This document shows, in pieces, positions 47,791 to 62,500 of a stretch of 64,000 nucleotides of DNA (position 1 is the stretch's first letter; every line of letters begins with the position of its first letter). The notes under the pieces were generated by a model. The model saw only the letters and a list, made by a program, of their open reading frames with translations, had not been told where the DNA came from and made no database searches. The DNA comes from Ginglymostoma cirratum (taxonomy: Eukaryota), in assembly GCA_024137785.1 (NCBI GenBank), contig JAHRHZ010000222.1:30546785-30610784 (forward strand), written 5' to 3'. The position numbers and the translations under genes are program-made.

Positions 47791-50199
47791 TTCTTGAAAC
47801 TAGGTAATGATGGGGGAGATTCAAATTTGGAACTATAGTTTCTGCAAGAATCCTGTCACATGCTAACTTTATAAATCAAGCAATCCTGGGAATGAAGGAA
47901 ATGCTGTTCATAAAAATCTATGTCAGAATACACACTGAAAGTTAAGCTGTGCAACAGCCCCAGAACAACTGGGATGACTACTGATAATATGAACAAGTCT
48001 TACAGTTAAAATTTTTTTCCATGGAAAACCAAGAATAGGAAAAGGCAATTTAACTTATCCAGCTTCACGTTATACCATCCCCACCCGCTCCTGCAACAGG
48101 TGTAAATAATCTTATTAAAGTATTTTTGTCCCTAGGGCAACTCATATCCTGTGCTTGAAACATAGCTAATGCTTGTCAGAGTATGGACATAAAAATTGAA
48201 GGAAAAATGATGAGAGACAGACTATATCGGTGTGCCTTATAGCATGTGAGTGAAAATGTCACATAATGGGTGATATGTCACACACTTCAAGAAATAGGCA
48301 ACTTGAAAACAGTCCAGCCCACCCTACTCCCATAACCTCCACCATGATCTGTACTGGCTTTACAATATTATTTGTAATTAAAAGAATTAATGAAGAAAAA
48401 CCTTCCTTTTGTCAACCAGACATTTTGAAGAAGCTGTGAGAATGCTTCACAGCCCTTAAGTGTGAAAATCCAGATAACAGAGTTGGAATGCTAACAATAA
48501 GGAATGATGCATTTTTGGTTTTATTCCTAATCAGAGGGAGAATGGAACAAAAAGTTGGCCAAAAGTTTTTTTTTAACAATAGGCAACAAAATCAAAACAT
48601 CAAAAAATTATTTTAAATTTAGAAAACTATTACATCTAACAGTGTCTTCTGTTTAGAAATAATAAAATCATCCAGACCATGATTTCCAAATGTCATAAGA
48701 AACTATTAGAACATATTTGTGAAATTTGAATAGGTTGTTGGAGCACATTTAGCTAAAGCTGTTACAGAGATACAGTACTGGAATATTATTAGATCCCATT
48801 AATCATCACTCTGCTAAAGGCATTGACAACAACTATGAAAAGAAATTTTACAGTATATAAATGATGTGTTCTCTTTCCTATCCATTGTGTGATACAAAGG
48901 AATTTTATGCTTGATGGCAATAATAATGCCAAAGCCTTCAATTTTAATTAATATTTACAAAACCAAGGACTAAAGTCTAAAATATTACACAATACTGACT
49001 GCTATAGCAGTAAACCATTACACCATTACAGAGGTGTTATAATATTTGGAGCCAAAACCAGAAGCTTTAGTTGGCATCTAAAAAGGAAAGAAAACCCTTG
49101 AGCTGGCAATCAATAACCAGAAGTAAGTCCAAGACTTTTTTATTTTTAATGTTTCTTCAATATTGTTCAACCTTTTCCTCAGTTTGTTATGTTCTTTTAT
49201 ATGGACACAATTAGAAAGTGAATCTGGCTGATTACTGGATCTCTGTGAACACCAGTGGGACAGTTCCCTGAACAAATGGCTAAGAGGTGCTTCTTAAAGG
49301 ACAGAATGGAACCTTAATCACCATAATGCCAGGGCTTGACAGGCAAGATTTGATTCCAATGAAATCTTAGTACAAAAGTCAATATTTGTTGATGCAGCAA
49401 ATACATAAACTGATGGTATCATTGTGATAGCACTCTTTCAGCTGAAGGAGTCTAGTCATTCACCCCATTTCTATTGCTCTTCTGGTTGGGCATCCAAAGT
49501 GCTTAAGGCAACATAACATTGTCCATTTATCCTACATTCACATCAAAACAGACATACTTCAATAATAATAACTTACTTTAAAAAATGTTGTTGCAACTTT
49601 CTAAAAGATATAACCAGTTGACTGCATAACAATGACTGTTGATCGACAGAACTGTGCCAATGTAGTAAATGAGTATTGTGACGATGTCACCAATCATACA
49701 ACCTGTGATATTAAAGGGATCTCAAACAATAGACTAATTGAAAGCAGGATAGATTCACAGCACCACAGAAATAGGGAAAACATTGTGTAACTTACAGCAT
49801 GAGCTAACATCAGTATTGGTAACATAAATGGGGCCACTTAGAAGCAAGCAGCTTTGTTTTTCCTTTCTTTCTGAATATTCATAAATAAGAAGATTATACA
49901 TGATCCAATGTTTAGATGTGTTGCCACCTCTCAAATCCACAGCCACCTCTTCTGCCATTCTATATTGACATCTTCAATTAGGTTTCCATACCCTACTGCA
50001 CTGTCACATTGAATCAAATAGCATCCTCTGTTACAGCAAACTATGGTAGGCTATCTCACATCCTTTATCTTCACCCCCTTCAGTCTTTCATAGATTTGAC
50101 CAGCCTTCTCCAATGCCTCTCTTCTGTAGTCCATCTGAATGAGACTTCTTATCTCTGATTCCGCTCTGATCAATCAACCATAGCAATTGAATGTCCTAC

Positions 50200-51230
50200 A
50201 ATTTCTTCTCTTTATACCCAAAGATCCGGTGTTGACCCTTTCTTATTTTTAAATTATTTTTAAAGCTTCCCTTCATGAATATTATTTGAACTCAAAAGCC
50301 AGATTCCTCATTTGTGCTGACAACACTCAATTCCAGCTCTTCACCACTTTTCACTACTCCTCCACTGCGTCTGTGTTGTCAGCCTCCTTGTCCAATATCC
50401 ACTTTTGAATGAGCTGGCTCTCCTCCAATTAAACATTAAGACCACAAAGCCACTGCCTTCAGTCCTCTCCGCAAACTTCTTTCCATTTCAACCATTTCCC
50501 CCTTCCACAGTGACCACTGTCTCAGGTCAATCCGGACTGTTTTCAGACTTGGCGTCCCAACTGGCCCTAAACTAAACTTCTGTTCATAAATTCTCAACAA
50601 CTCAAAGACTGTACGCTTCCACTTCCATACCATTGCTACTCATCTTGCCCCTTTTTCAATCCATCTGCTGCTAAAAAAAACACATCCATGATGTTGTTAC
50701 TTTGAGACTCAACTATTCCATGTTCTCCTCATCAGTATCCCACTAACAACCTCCAACAAATTTGAATGCCATACAAACTCTGCTACCCACATCTTAACTT
50801 GGACCACAAAACAGCCCTGCGTTTTTGATCTTCCTCAGCTCCAAGTCCACCAATGACCTAATTTTATTATTCTAATTCTTATTTCAAAACTTTCCATTGT
50901 CTTAGCGCTATATATTTCTATCCATCTACCACTTCTCAACCCTCTGGAACTCTGTGTTCCCTCAAATCTGGCATCTTGTGCACCTTTCATTTTGTTTGCC
51001 CCACCATTGGACATCATGCCTACAGATATCTCTGCTCTGAAATTCTATCCCTAAGCACCTCTGCCTCATCATTCAGTTTTCCTTTGCGACACTCCTTAAA
51101 ACATTCATTTTAACCAAGCTTTTAATTAATCATTCCAATATCTTCCTCTTTGGCCTTGCCCCAAATTTTCTGATTGTGCTTCATGAGACATTTTCCTACA
51201 TCATAGGTGCGACATAAATAAAAGTTGCCA
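50200..51230 (+). mobile_element. L2 LINE, RT C-terminus to 3' end (decayed)
   Basis: FLICADNTQ (YADDTQ), LQLNIK.T, RLNYS and an L2 tail GGTGCGACATAAATAAAAGTTG. Confidence 0.8.
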
Positions 51231-52227
51231 TTAAATGAGAAGAGAAACATGAACATTCCCCATTAGAGCGATCACAATTACAGCATTCAATTGTTCCACT
51301 TTTCATTATGTGTATCTGTTTACTATTGATGTTCACTTTGCTTGATGAGTTAAATCGGGTGTGGTCTCAGAGAAAAGTAAACAAACTGGAAACTAAAGCT
51401 GTAAGCATTGAGCAGATATTTTCCAGCATTATGAATAAAACCTGCTACAGACATAAAAATTAATATCATCTCAGCATAGCTTCAAGGTTTAAAATATACA
51501 ATGATGGCAATAAGGCTCTTACACCTGCCAGCTCATATCACTTTTAAGTACAAAAGCAACAATGCACAAGTATCAGATTTGTTAATTTAGCGTATTTTCA
51601 AATTCACCATAAAAAGATGAAAGATTTGTTGTTCTTGATCGATGAGCCAATTTTTAACAAGTATAGATTTTAACATAACTTGAGATGCAAAAGCTTATGC
51701 CCTTTCTTGGAATATGAAATGTTATTGCGCAAGTTCACAAATTGAAGACTGCAATTTTCTGCCATTAAAAAAATGAAAGCAGTCGGTTCTCAAATTCATT
51801 CAATCAGAAATTTTAAGTACATCTAGCAAGCAGTGAAGACAGCATTGAAGAAACTAAAGTTTCTTTAGTCATAGATAACTGGCTCCAAAATACTATAATA
51901 TAAACATCAATGACGTATCGTGCCCCTCCCAATGCCATGTATTGTGTTTTACAGGGTGTGTCACTTCACTTATTCAGATTGTACAACATGAATTCAAATA
52001 AAGTGCTGAGAGTTAATCATGAAAAAGATCGCATTTACTATATGAGTCATATACAGTATCTCTTAAAGATATTCAAAATAAGTTCATCTCCATTCCTTAG
52101 TGCTGTGCATTACATTTAAGCACTTTTTTTCCTGCTCTTGCTTACCCAAACAATGGACTTTGCAAATAACAGAACACCAAGGAGTCGTTAGGGCTCTCTC
52201 TTCATTACCTTGAAAAAAACAATCATT

Positions 52228-52407
52228 NNNNNNNNNNNNNNNNNNNNNNNNNNNNNNNNNNNNNNNNNNNNNNNNNNNNNNNNNNNNNNNNNNNNNNNNN
52301 NNNNNNNNNNNNNNNNNNNNNNNNNNNNNNNNNNNNNNNNNNNNNNNNNNNNNNNNNNNNNNNNNNNNNNNNNNNNNNNNNNNNNNNNNNNNNNNNNNNN
52401 NNNNNNN
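52228..52407. other. Assembly gap (180 N)
   Basis: Run of N. Confidence 1.
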
Positions 52408-53474
52408 CAATTACCCTTTGTTTTCTACTACAACACTTTAAAGCATCTTATTTATAAAAATCTGAGGGCAAAAGACTGAAACTGATTCTTCTAGAGGACA
52501 TTATGTCCTTGATTATTTATGGAACACTCAATGCATTTTTGTGAAGCTATTTCTTTTTTGTACTGATTTATCATTACTTATTTGGAATTAATTATGTTGT
52601 GTTATGCCTACCAGTGATATTTTGTCATAGGACAAAAATAAGTTTGATTGCTTGCACTCAGTTGTCTGCTCATTCCAAAGCTGAAGTATTTAATTCATAG
52701 CGACCCACACATTGTAAGAGCTCATCTTGCTAATAATGGGTAATCTATTGTGTTGTTTGGGACCTTTGAGAAAAATTAATGACTTATGCTATGTAAAGAA
52801 ATACCAATAAACCAGTCTGTGTACTGAATGCAGTCAGGAGAAGATGCAGTTGGCAAGCCTTAGCTAAACATTCTGTCCCTTTATTTGAAGTCTTACCTCA
52901 TTTACATTGCAGTAATAATTAGTGTTGCAAAAGCTGACTTCACTGTGAATTGATTATAATGCGAAGTATCACTGCATAAGGTAGTATCTACAGATGAATG
53001 CACACTTATCATTCTCTTTAAAAAGTCTGGCATACTTTTTTGCCAACACTGGCAAAGCACAAATAAATAAATAAGAACTATTAGCCATTATAACCCTTTT
53101 GCCTTAACCTGAGGTATACTGCCCAAAACTAATCTAATTTTAATAAAACCTGCTATTTTTTTCGAAAGTGCATATGGCTAAAATCTTTTTAATCATGTTA
53201 AAGAAAAATATCATTGATAGCAAATAATCAACAAGAAGAATATCTCATTGTGATACTGCAATGTGACCAGTACTACAATAATATCTTGTTGATGTATGTA
53301 TTTAAACTGGAACTTTGTTGGAAACAGTGATGTGCCAGCCTTTATCAGGTAAAACAGCATAGCATAGAACGACAAGAAGTCAGAAAGTGTTCCACCATTC
53401 ATTTCAATACCCATTCAACAACTGGTTTAGAATCTTAACCATAGCACAGGAGGTAGATTCACAGTAGACAGTAA

Positions 53475-53910
53475 CAACAATCCATTTGGTACTTGTACAC
53501 CAATTTTAACATAGCAGATGTCTCAAGCCATTTCAGAATAATGAAAGCAGATAGAAATTGACACCAAGCTAAATTCTCAGATATTAGGGCAGGTTACTAA
53601 AAGAACATTCAAAGAGTTTAGTGTCTCTTAAGGAAGAGAAGTGTACATGTGGAGAGGTTTAGGGAAAGAATTTGAGAATGAGACCTTAGACAGTTGACAG
53701 CATAGCCTCCAATGGCAAATACTTAACATGCCAGGGTTGGAAAAATGCAGAGTCCTCAGAGGTTGGAGGCAATTACAGTGATAGACAGACCCATAAATTG
53801 ATAGTAATGTGAGAATGGAAATTTAAGATTTGAGACATTGGTAACATTGGAAGTCATTATAGGTCAGTAAGCCCAATGCTGCTGGAAGAGCAACACTTAC
53901 TGCAACTTAG
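53475..53910 (-). mobile_element. L2 3' end (decayed)
   Basis: CTTAAGGAAGAGA..GGAGAGGTTTAGGGAAAGAATT is the reverse of an L2 tail like 50990-51200. Confidence 0.7.
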
Positions 53911-55689
53911 GAATGCAGAAGGTTACAGATATGGGGTAGGGTGATGTAAAGAGATTTAAATAAGTTCTTTATGATTAGCTTTAATTTCTCATTGCTAGTG
54001 CATTTGTATTCTGCAACAGACAAATATAAATCTCTCAGAATTTGACCAGAAAAAAGGCCTGATTAAAAACAGCTCAAAGCAACACAGGTTGGATGTAGTG
54101 GAGCTAACTACAGCGATCTTGTAGGCAGGGCCATAAAATCTCAAACCCACTGGAGGGAAAACTGGCCCCATTAAGTCAATGGCAGAAATGGCCTGATATG
54201 GTAAACCTACTCTCTGGTTAATTAGATTCACAATTGAGCCATTTAAAGGTTATTATCCCTGGTCCCACCAGAACTTAATTGTTGTTCGTAGATTCTCCTG
54301 AACTTGAAAGTGTTTCCTGTGTCTCCTGAAGGCCAGTCAGCAAACCCCACTGGGGATAGTGGGGATCCCTCTTTCAAAGACACTTAGTGCCTGATCGAGG
54401 GCAGCAGCATTGAGAAATGCAGGATTCCTGCTGAGAGGAACGCCTATCCTTTGCATCTGAGCACTGAGCCTCCTCTCTCCACATGCTTGCCAGTGAACCA
54501 TTCCCTGTGAGCCCTCAACTTGCCTTACTCAGCTATCTCTAGGGATCCGAAGATGATTTTTAGTGAAGACAATTGAGAGTTGTTTGCTTCTGAGGGACCA
54601 AAACCTCCTGGTAATTAACTGCCACTGGCCAGTTGAGTCCCCAAACATCACTTAATTTGTTCAAAATAGAAAGAAGTCCCCCATTTTTGAGATAACCGAT
54701 GAGTTCCAAGAAACTGTATGACAAGTATTGAATCCAATACTATATATTCAGGGACAAGGAGAGGCAGATTAGGCAGTATGCCTAGAGTTTACAAGGAGCA
54801 AGAGAAGATAGTTCAAAGATTCTATATTAGCATTGATAAAAAAAGAAAAAATGTTAGAGGCTAGATGTGGCAGAGCAATCATTCACCACATAGCCAAGAT
54901 ATTTTCTTGAATATTGTCTGGATTTGCAAGAAACTGTTCGAAGAAATATTATAGTCACAAGTCATATAATTTAATTTTGTTTTTGATGTTTTGGATGTCC
55001 TGAAATGCTCCACATGCATATTTATTTAATATGATAATGTATTTGCCCCAGACACCTTTAATTATACTAAGAAGGCTTTTTGCAAGCAGTCAAGCAGCAT
55101 CCTAATTGCTACTTTTAATGTTACTGTTTAAAACCAATAAAAATATTTCACGTGATAAGCGACAAACCAGTATAAAATGAACCAGTATGGTTGCTTTATA
55201 ATTTGCCGTCCCACTGTTGTAAACAACACATAATAACTCATGGGCAAAATGGCATTAAAGGCCTGTGATACTTTTGACACAAACACACCATAATTCTTGT
55301 AGGGGTGTTACAGAAATTAGTCACCATCCTGATGTTATAATGGAGCTTCTGTAGGATTGTTGTATACCAGTTTCACAGGGCCAGAGCGAATGATTGATAA
55401 AATTAACATGGGACTCCATCTGGGGTCCAGTTAAGCATAATGGCTGAGATCCTTTAAGAAAAACAGCTTCTTAAAGAAACACTTAAATAATATCTTTTAT
55501 AAGGGGATCATTTCAAGACTTCATGTTCTTTTTTCCCCAGATAGAACCAAACCACATGCTGTTTCCCAGAAAACAGCAGGTTGGGATATAGGTTGCAGCC
55601 TATGGAAGCAGAGTGGTGCCCTTGGCATCCATAGGATCATGTAAATACTAACGTGTTCCTTCAACAGGGATACACACTGAGAATTGAGA

Positions 55690-57460
55690 TGCAGAGTTCA
55701 GCATATCTGGTATAGAGTTTACTCATAACTTAAATAATGCTCTTGTGAACAAATTCTGCAAACCTTTCCCTTCATGAGTCCACTTTTCATTCTAAATATG
55801 TGCCTCTTATTATTTAGACTGCTGCTAGTTGAAACAAATTCTCATTTTTTGCCCTGCAATTATTTTAATGTCGAATGCATCTATTACACTCTCACTTCGC
55901 CTTCTTAGCTCCAGTGAATAAAGTCTATTTTTGTCAAGTTTCTGAACACATACCTCGAAACATCATCAAACAAATTTTCTGTAGTGATACAGTTTCTGTG
56001 ATGTAATTATTGTACAGTACAGATTCTTAGCATTGATATTTCATTTCAATATTTAAGAACATTTACTCTTTTAGAGCCATTTCCATCACCAATACTACTT
56101 TGGGAAATCAACACCGTTGCATCCCGAAATCATTTCAAGCCAATGTGTTGACAGTTTTATCATTTAGGGAATTTTTTATTGTTCTATCTCTGAACCCTGC
56201 AACTCTACATGTGAACTGCATTTAGCACACTCTGTGTCCTCCCTAATTGGTTTTGTCCTGCAATAATCTTTTCTGAATTTCTTCAGGGAGATCCACAGGG
56301 TGAAAACCTCAAGACTGACACCCATATTCTTCCAATGTTGAAAGAAGGCTATTGGTGGTGGTGGCCAACCTGAAGCCTAAGCAGAGTAACTTCTGGTCTT
56401 TCCTCTGGCCCTGAACTCTTCCTGCCAGCCTGAAAATTAAGGCTGGTTGGAAAATGACCTTTAAGTTGTCTTAATTGGCCATTTAAGGGCCTTAGCGTGG
56501 GCAAGGAAGGGCAGATTGTCCCTCTCCACCCCACCATAAAATTGCACAATGGTCAGGGTGGGCAGAGACTACTGGAAAACCCCATTTGGGAATTTTACAG
56601 CTGCCCCACTGTTTCCAAATCTTACAATGGGGGAAAATAAAATTCTTCCCCTAATCTTTATCACTTTACTTTCAGGAAATCTGAAATATTCAGATTCGCT
56701 GCATTTGTTTTGTCCATACATTTTGTAGTTACATTAAAGAATTTCATGACTAGATTAGTTAAACATGATCTAGTCTTTATAAATCTGTGTGATGTCACTG
56801 ATGAGCTTGAACCTTTCTGATGCTTTCAAATGCTTTCAATTATTATGGTCTCTGGCAGTTTTATAATTACCAATTTAGATTAACTGATCCATTGTCACCT
56901 GGCTTGATGTTTTCAACCTTTTCAAAAGATGTGTAACTTGGCAATTCTTATTTCAAAAGAAGTTTGAATAATTATGGTGAATATTTGGTATTCATCACTA
57001 TTTTTCTTCAGTATTCTGGAATCTAAACCATTTGGACTTGGTGATTTATCAGCTTATGGTCCCATTGCTGTTGTTTACTGCTAAAATTACATTTATTAGA
57101 CCGGCCACTAGAATTACTCTCTTCTACTCTTAATGGTCTTCCTATAGCTATCTTTATGAGAAAGCCAAAATATTTGTTATGTATCTTCTTAGTACAAGAT
57201 TTTCACGTAATTATTTTTATGATGGCTTTTGCATCGTTCCCTTCCCTCCTTCAATCTTCACAAGGGCTAAATTTGGGAGACACTAAAAGTGAGGACAGGG
57301 ATTCCGAGTTACAATTAACCTGTTCCCCTGGATTGCCATGCAGCAGATTACTAATTTACCTGTTCGTTTCAATGATTTCAAAATCTAGCCAGTGTTACCC
57401 ATGTTTTATATTGATTTTATGCATAATATGACAAATAGCAAGTATGACTTTAAGCTTACA
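55690..57460 (-). mobile_element. Very old CR1 fragments, with a MITE-like insert at ~56280-56651
   Basis: Reverse of 57010-57053 gives ADKSPSPNGLDSRIL; the insert ends TAAAATTCTTCCCC+TAA (Harbinger-type terminus). Confidence 0.55.
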
Positions 57461-57870
57461 AGCACAGCTTAAAGCTAATTTGTCTCCTCATTGTAGCTAG
57501 GGTAGATGCTAGTGAGAAGTAAATATGACCTAGGAATCAATAAATGAAGCTCCAATATTGAAGAGATCAGCCTCCATGGTATCCAATAGTGAACTGGATG
57601 CCCTGATGGAGGACTTAGAAAGCTAAGGAAATGTTCAGTATTCACTGGTAGCCAGAAAGACCTCCTGACACAATGTAAAAAATGGATCAGATAGCCATTG
57701 AGGTCAATGTCAAGGCTCAAGAATCCAGATGGAGTGCTCCAAGAAGTTTGATGACATCACATGACTGGTTAAGGTCAGGGAAAGTCTCTTCAAATGCCAT
57801 ATCCTTCTAACTTTACAGCAGACTCAGGTAATTCTCAATGATCATTCACCTACAAATAATCTCAATCAAA

Positions 57871-57956
57871 CAAGGGTCTAGGCCCGAAACATCAAGTTTT
57901 CCTGCTCCTATGATGCTGCTTGACCTGCTGTGTTCATCCAGCCCCATGCTTGTTAC
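57871..57956 (+). mobile_element. PLE 3' tail fragment starting inside the hammerhead
   Basis: AAGGGTCTAGGCCCGAAACATCAAGTTTTCCTGCTCCTATGATGCTGC is nearly identical to 15791-15875. Confidence 0.85.
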
Positions 57957-58615
57957 CCCCCCCATTGATGTGCTCAACTACATCTTCAAATACTTGGCAT
58001 GGCTGTAAAGCTCACAACCACATCTCACTGATTTTAATACCATCAGCTATGCAACAATAATGTGAACAGCACTCAAACAGATTACAACACACTCTGTCAC
58101 ATTTTCCTTTCTTTTGCCGAAAGATGGGACATAATCAGAGGCAATAGGAGCTAACTGGAAAAGAAGGACAGGTACATCTGTACTAACCCCCAAACAGCAA
58201 ATATTGCTGGCAATTTCTGGGATGAGAATGGCCAACGGCAGGTCTCAAACCACTGAAAATAATAGAATCCTTTTTATTATTTCCATATCCATCTCATACT
58301 ACCTTCTCTCCTTATTACCAAGTTGTGGATGGTGTAATCATGGACCTTTTAAATTCCTTGCATAGTAACCTTCCCATAATGATTTATTCTTTTAGAAGTA
58401 CTGCTGATGCGGTAAGGAGGCCTATTTAATTTGCTGTTCAAATGTACGGAATAACAGGCAGATTCCTTTACCAGCAAACACTTCACTATTCCAGATTTTC
58501 TATATTTCAGTGTGCCTGAAGGATCCAGTCCACTCAGAAGTAAAAAGTTTCCACAATCTCAGGGCACGATTTTCATAACAGGTTCTCTATTGGAGGAAGG
58601 TTAGAATAGAATGTA

Positions 58616-58742
58616 GAGATAGCAAAAACTGCAGATGCTGGAGTCAGAGACAACACAATATGGAGTTGGAGGAAGACAGCAGGCCAGGCAGCATCAGAGG
58701 TGCAGGCAAGTTGACATTTCGGGGACCCAAACTCAACTTTTT
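58616..58742 (-). mobile_element. PLE 3' tail with complete terminus and tiny fold-back at the hammerhead
   Basis: GAGATAGCAAAAACTGCAGATGCTGGAG..AGTTGACATTTCGGG-GA-CCCAAACTCAACT. Confidence 0.75.
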
Positions 58743-61700
58743 GGTTAAACTTGAGCTTCTGTAAGCATTGCACCACGAAGAGTAAGGAAAAAAGATTTTG
58801 GCATTATCAGAAAAACATCCAGTACAATACTACAGTAGAGAAACTACAATTAAAGTATAGAGTAGAGGGGTGTGGAGAAGGTGAAGAGCCTGCAGATTTG
58901 CAGACAAGTGTATTATTAGGTTTCAGCTTGAGGTAAAACCTAAAGGAATGGTTTTGGGCAGAGGAAAGTGGGAGGTGGCCATTACTGGAGTGTCTGCATT
59001 CACGTGAGACAACACTGGGCCTTCCACTCTTTTTCAAAGGCAACTTTAATTATTCTCCTGGTATTTTCTAGTGTTAATAGTTCCATTGATAAATGGGTGC
59101 AGAATCAATGGCTTTCCTGCCATCATAATGGGGTACAGGAAAATCCATTGTGGTTTGGGTAAAATCCTAAGAAATATATTTAATATTTCCTACTGAAATG
59201 CTGCCATTTAACAACTAAATTATTTGCAATTAGGATATAAGCTTTTCATATATGAACTCATAAACAATGTATTAACATAATTCAGTGCTGTGGTCATATT
59301 ACTTCATTGCAAAGATCCACTACAGTAGGCATTTTCATTTTCTACGTGTGTGTAATTGAGACAGATAACACCCTTAATATCTCAGCAATAGCAATTAGAT
59401 TTGGCAAACTACTAGTTTAATTCAAGCGAAAGTCCATTGCGAGGTTTTAGGCTGTGGCTCCTTTGTGCAATTAAAAATAAATTTACTCCATCTTCCATCT
59501 TTCTTTATGTTCTAGATGAGTTTATTTTCAAATGTTCTACTTACTGTGATTGCTGGTTCTTCATCGTCTAGTTTGCTCTACAGTTTGATTTTATTTTGCT
59601 TCTTTCGTTCTAGTTCTGAGGTGTTCTGTTATTTTTAAATTTTTTTTTCTTCATTTTTGCCTTGTTTTATTTGTTGCAATTGTCCAACATATTTATTGTT
59701 TCTCTTACTAACTTTGTTTCCATCTTGCTGGGTTTTTTTGTCTCCCTAATTTGGTAATTTTACCCTCTGAAATTTAACTGTGTCTCTAAGACCTTGGAGT
59801 CAGCTCACTATAACAATTGGACATATGGCAATAGGACTTTAACAACTACGCTGCTACAATATACAATAAGCTCCATTTTCCCTTAACCCAGTGAAATAAG
59901 ACACAATGGTATGATATTCTGGCATGTGACCATTATGTCAATTTAGACAGTTATGCAACAGTAAATGCAGGCAGGAATGTGCAAATGCTGATCCATAGCA
60001 ACTTAAATCACCACTGGCAGTAAGTTAAAAGGTCCAATCAGGTTTTAGTTGGAATGATCCAAATTTACTGCTTCAGTGAGCAGGAATGGGGTGTCTGAAA
60101 TTTACTAATGAATGTGACATCAAGTACCAGTGGGAGAAGAAACAAAACAAAGACTAAAGTGCAAAACTGACCATATTTTAGAGAGGACTGACTGTTTATT
60201 TTGGTGACTTCACCACCTTAAAAGATTGAAACCAGGTAGAATCTATGTTATCACATACATAGTATGCTATTCCTCTGTAACCTGCATTGGAAATTTCCAT
60301 TGTTTGCAAATACAAATTGAAACAAAATGATGAGTTCAACTGAATTGCCAAAAGACTAACAACCTGAAATGAATGGCAAAAGGAATGGTGAAATAAAATA
60401 AATTCTGAACTATCAGCAAAGTGCCAAAGTCCAAAAAGTTATTTAGGTCCAATATCGGTCACTTACTCCACGGGCAACTGCTATTTAATCAAGCCCTGGT
60501 CAGGTCGGCAAGTGCAATATATTATGGATGGATTTACTTCTGCCTGCGGAAATCAGGCTGGTCAACAGTTAAAATTTCCTGTGGGCCTCACTTCCTAAGG
60601 TGCCAAATTGATGCTGTGAGCAACAATTATAATGTACTTTTAGGTGACGGCGACTTAAGAGGAAGATCAAGCTCTGATTATGTTATTAGGGCCCCAACTG
60701 CTATTTTAACTGAGTAGTGAAAGCAGGTATAGTATTCCTGTTGAGTCCATCTTCTGGGAAGAGGGAGTCAGGGTCAGAATCCTTGTTTTTGTGTTTACAT
60801 GTGCAGTCTGGGGGACTGAACTGCTCCTTTGGGCCTTGCAAAAAACTAGTTTAGGCCATCCCTGCCTTGGACTTCTGTGGGTTCATGTTGGTAAATGATC
60901 AACTTGTATCCTATCAGAATAATCCTTTGCTATGATTTAATGCAAACAAGATTCATTGCAAACATTGTACAAGGCATTTAAAAGGACAAACACATATGGT
61001 ATTCATGCATTATCCCTCCATAATGCACATATCCCTCCATATCCCTTCATTTTGCACAATCTCTCGCATATTGACAAAAATAATTTTAACACCTTTAATC
61101 TGCTAACTTCGTATTAAGTTCTGGGCCAAGTTAAACTTATAACACCATGAGAGAACACTGCATGATGATTTGGAAATGAATCCACTTCAATTGGTCTGCT
61201 TAGTTCAGCAAGGTAAAACAATTTACTGCCATGTTAAACCTCCATTGGAATTTGGAAACCAGTTAAATACTGCAAAAAGAAGTCTTATAGCTACATTGTA
61301 ATTTTCCAGATGGCAGTAAGCCGCTTCAAAAATGACAAACAGTTGAAATTCCATTCCCTTTATTACAGTTTAAATAACACAGTACAATTGCTTTAGTTCA
61401 AATCATGCAAATTGACAGCAAAAATCTGTAATTGAGAGCTGACTGCCATGACCTCCAACACCATCAAAAAAAAAGAGTTCAGATGATGTTAATAAACCAC
61501 ACAACCGTAGCTTCTTAGTTTACCTCTTCTCGACCTTTAAATGCATGGCTGCCTTGTGGCACATTCCAACCTACATGGTACATATTTAGCATAAATACAG
61601 AATGTTGCTCTATTTTAATTATGTAAATTGACAGCTACCAGAATTAATATAGAGCAATGCAGCTAATCAGAGATCAGGAGTCTAAACAAAGGTGATTGTT

Positions 61701-61849
61701 TATGAAAAAAAAATGCAGATTCTATTGATATTAAGTTATATCAGCTACTGTGGCCTAGTTTGAGAAAATGTAACATGTATACCAATCTATAAAATGCATT
61801 AACATCTTAGTGAGTTTCAGTCCAATCTGCCCCAATAAACACCCCATCA

Positions 61850-62500
61850 ATTTTATCAGAATTATCAGCAAAGTGATGCAAGTTGACGCCAACAACGACA
61901 ATTTCTCACCAATAACCAGCTCACTAACACTCAATTTGTCTTCAGCTAGGAACATTCAGCTCCAGACTTGATTGGAACCTTATTCAAGCATGGAAAAATC
62001 ATCTGAATTTCAGAGGACTGGTAGGTGACTGCCCTTGACATGAAGGTAGCATTTAAACAAATGTGGCATGAAGACACCTGAGTAAGACTGACATCAATTG
62101 GAATCTAGGGTAAAACTTTCCAAGAGCTGGAATTATACCTGTTTGTGATTGTTAGAATTTAATCATCTCAACTCTAAAATTTTGCTGCAGGAGTTCCTCG
62201 GTCATTATATTAGGCCAAACTGGCTTCATTATTGATCCCTTCTCCATCACAAGGTAAAAGACGATGACATAGCATTTAGTAAAATTCACAATTCCTCAGG
62301 TGGCGATATAGTCTATGCCTATATGCGGCATAAACAAGAAAACAATCATGTTTGAGCTGATTATCAGCAAGGAGCATTCATGACACACAAGTTCCAGGCA
62401 ATGACCTCCCCCCATTCCACCACTTAACATTCACCAATATTACCATTTCTATATCTCACACTATTAACATGCTGGGATCACCATTGATCCTAAAATAACC
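61850..62500 (+). mobile_element. Decayed LINE RT fragment (same group as 19240 and 41050)
   Basis: VTALDMKVAFKQMWH (ALD.KAAFD.VWH) and AGVP(QGS) remnants. Confidence 0.7.

Noticed and set aside
52084-52479. ORFs containing X runs
   Set aside because: Artefacts of the N gap.
59480-59760. T-rich tract as a possible coding region on minus
   Set aside because: Multiple stops and no motif; probably a heavily decayed LINE or low-complexity sequence.
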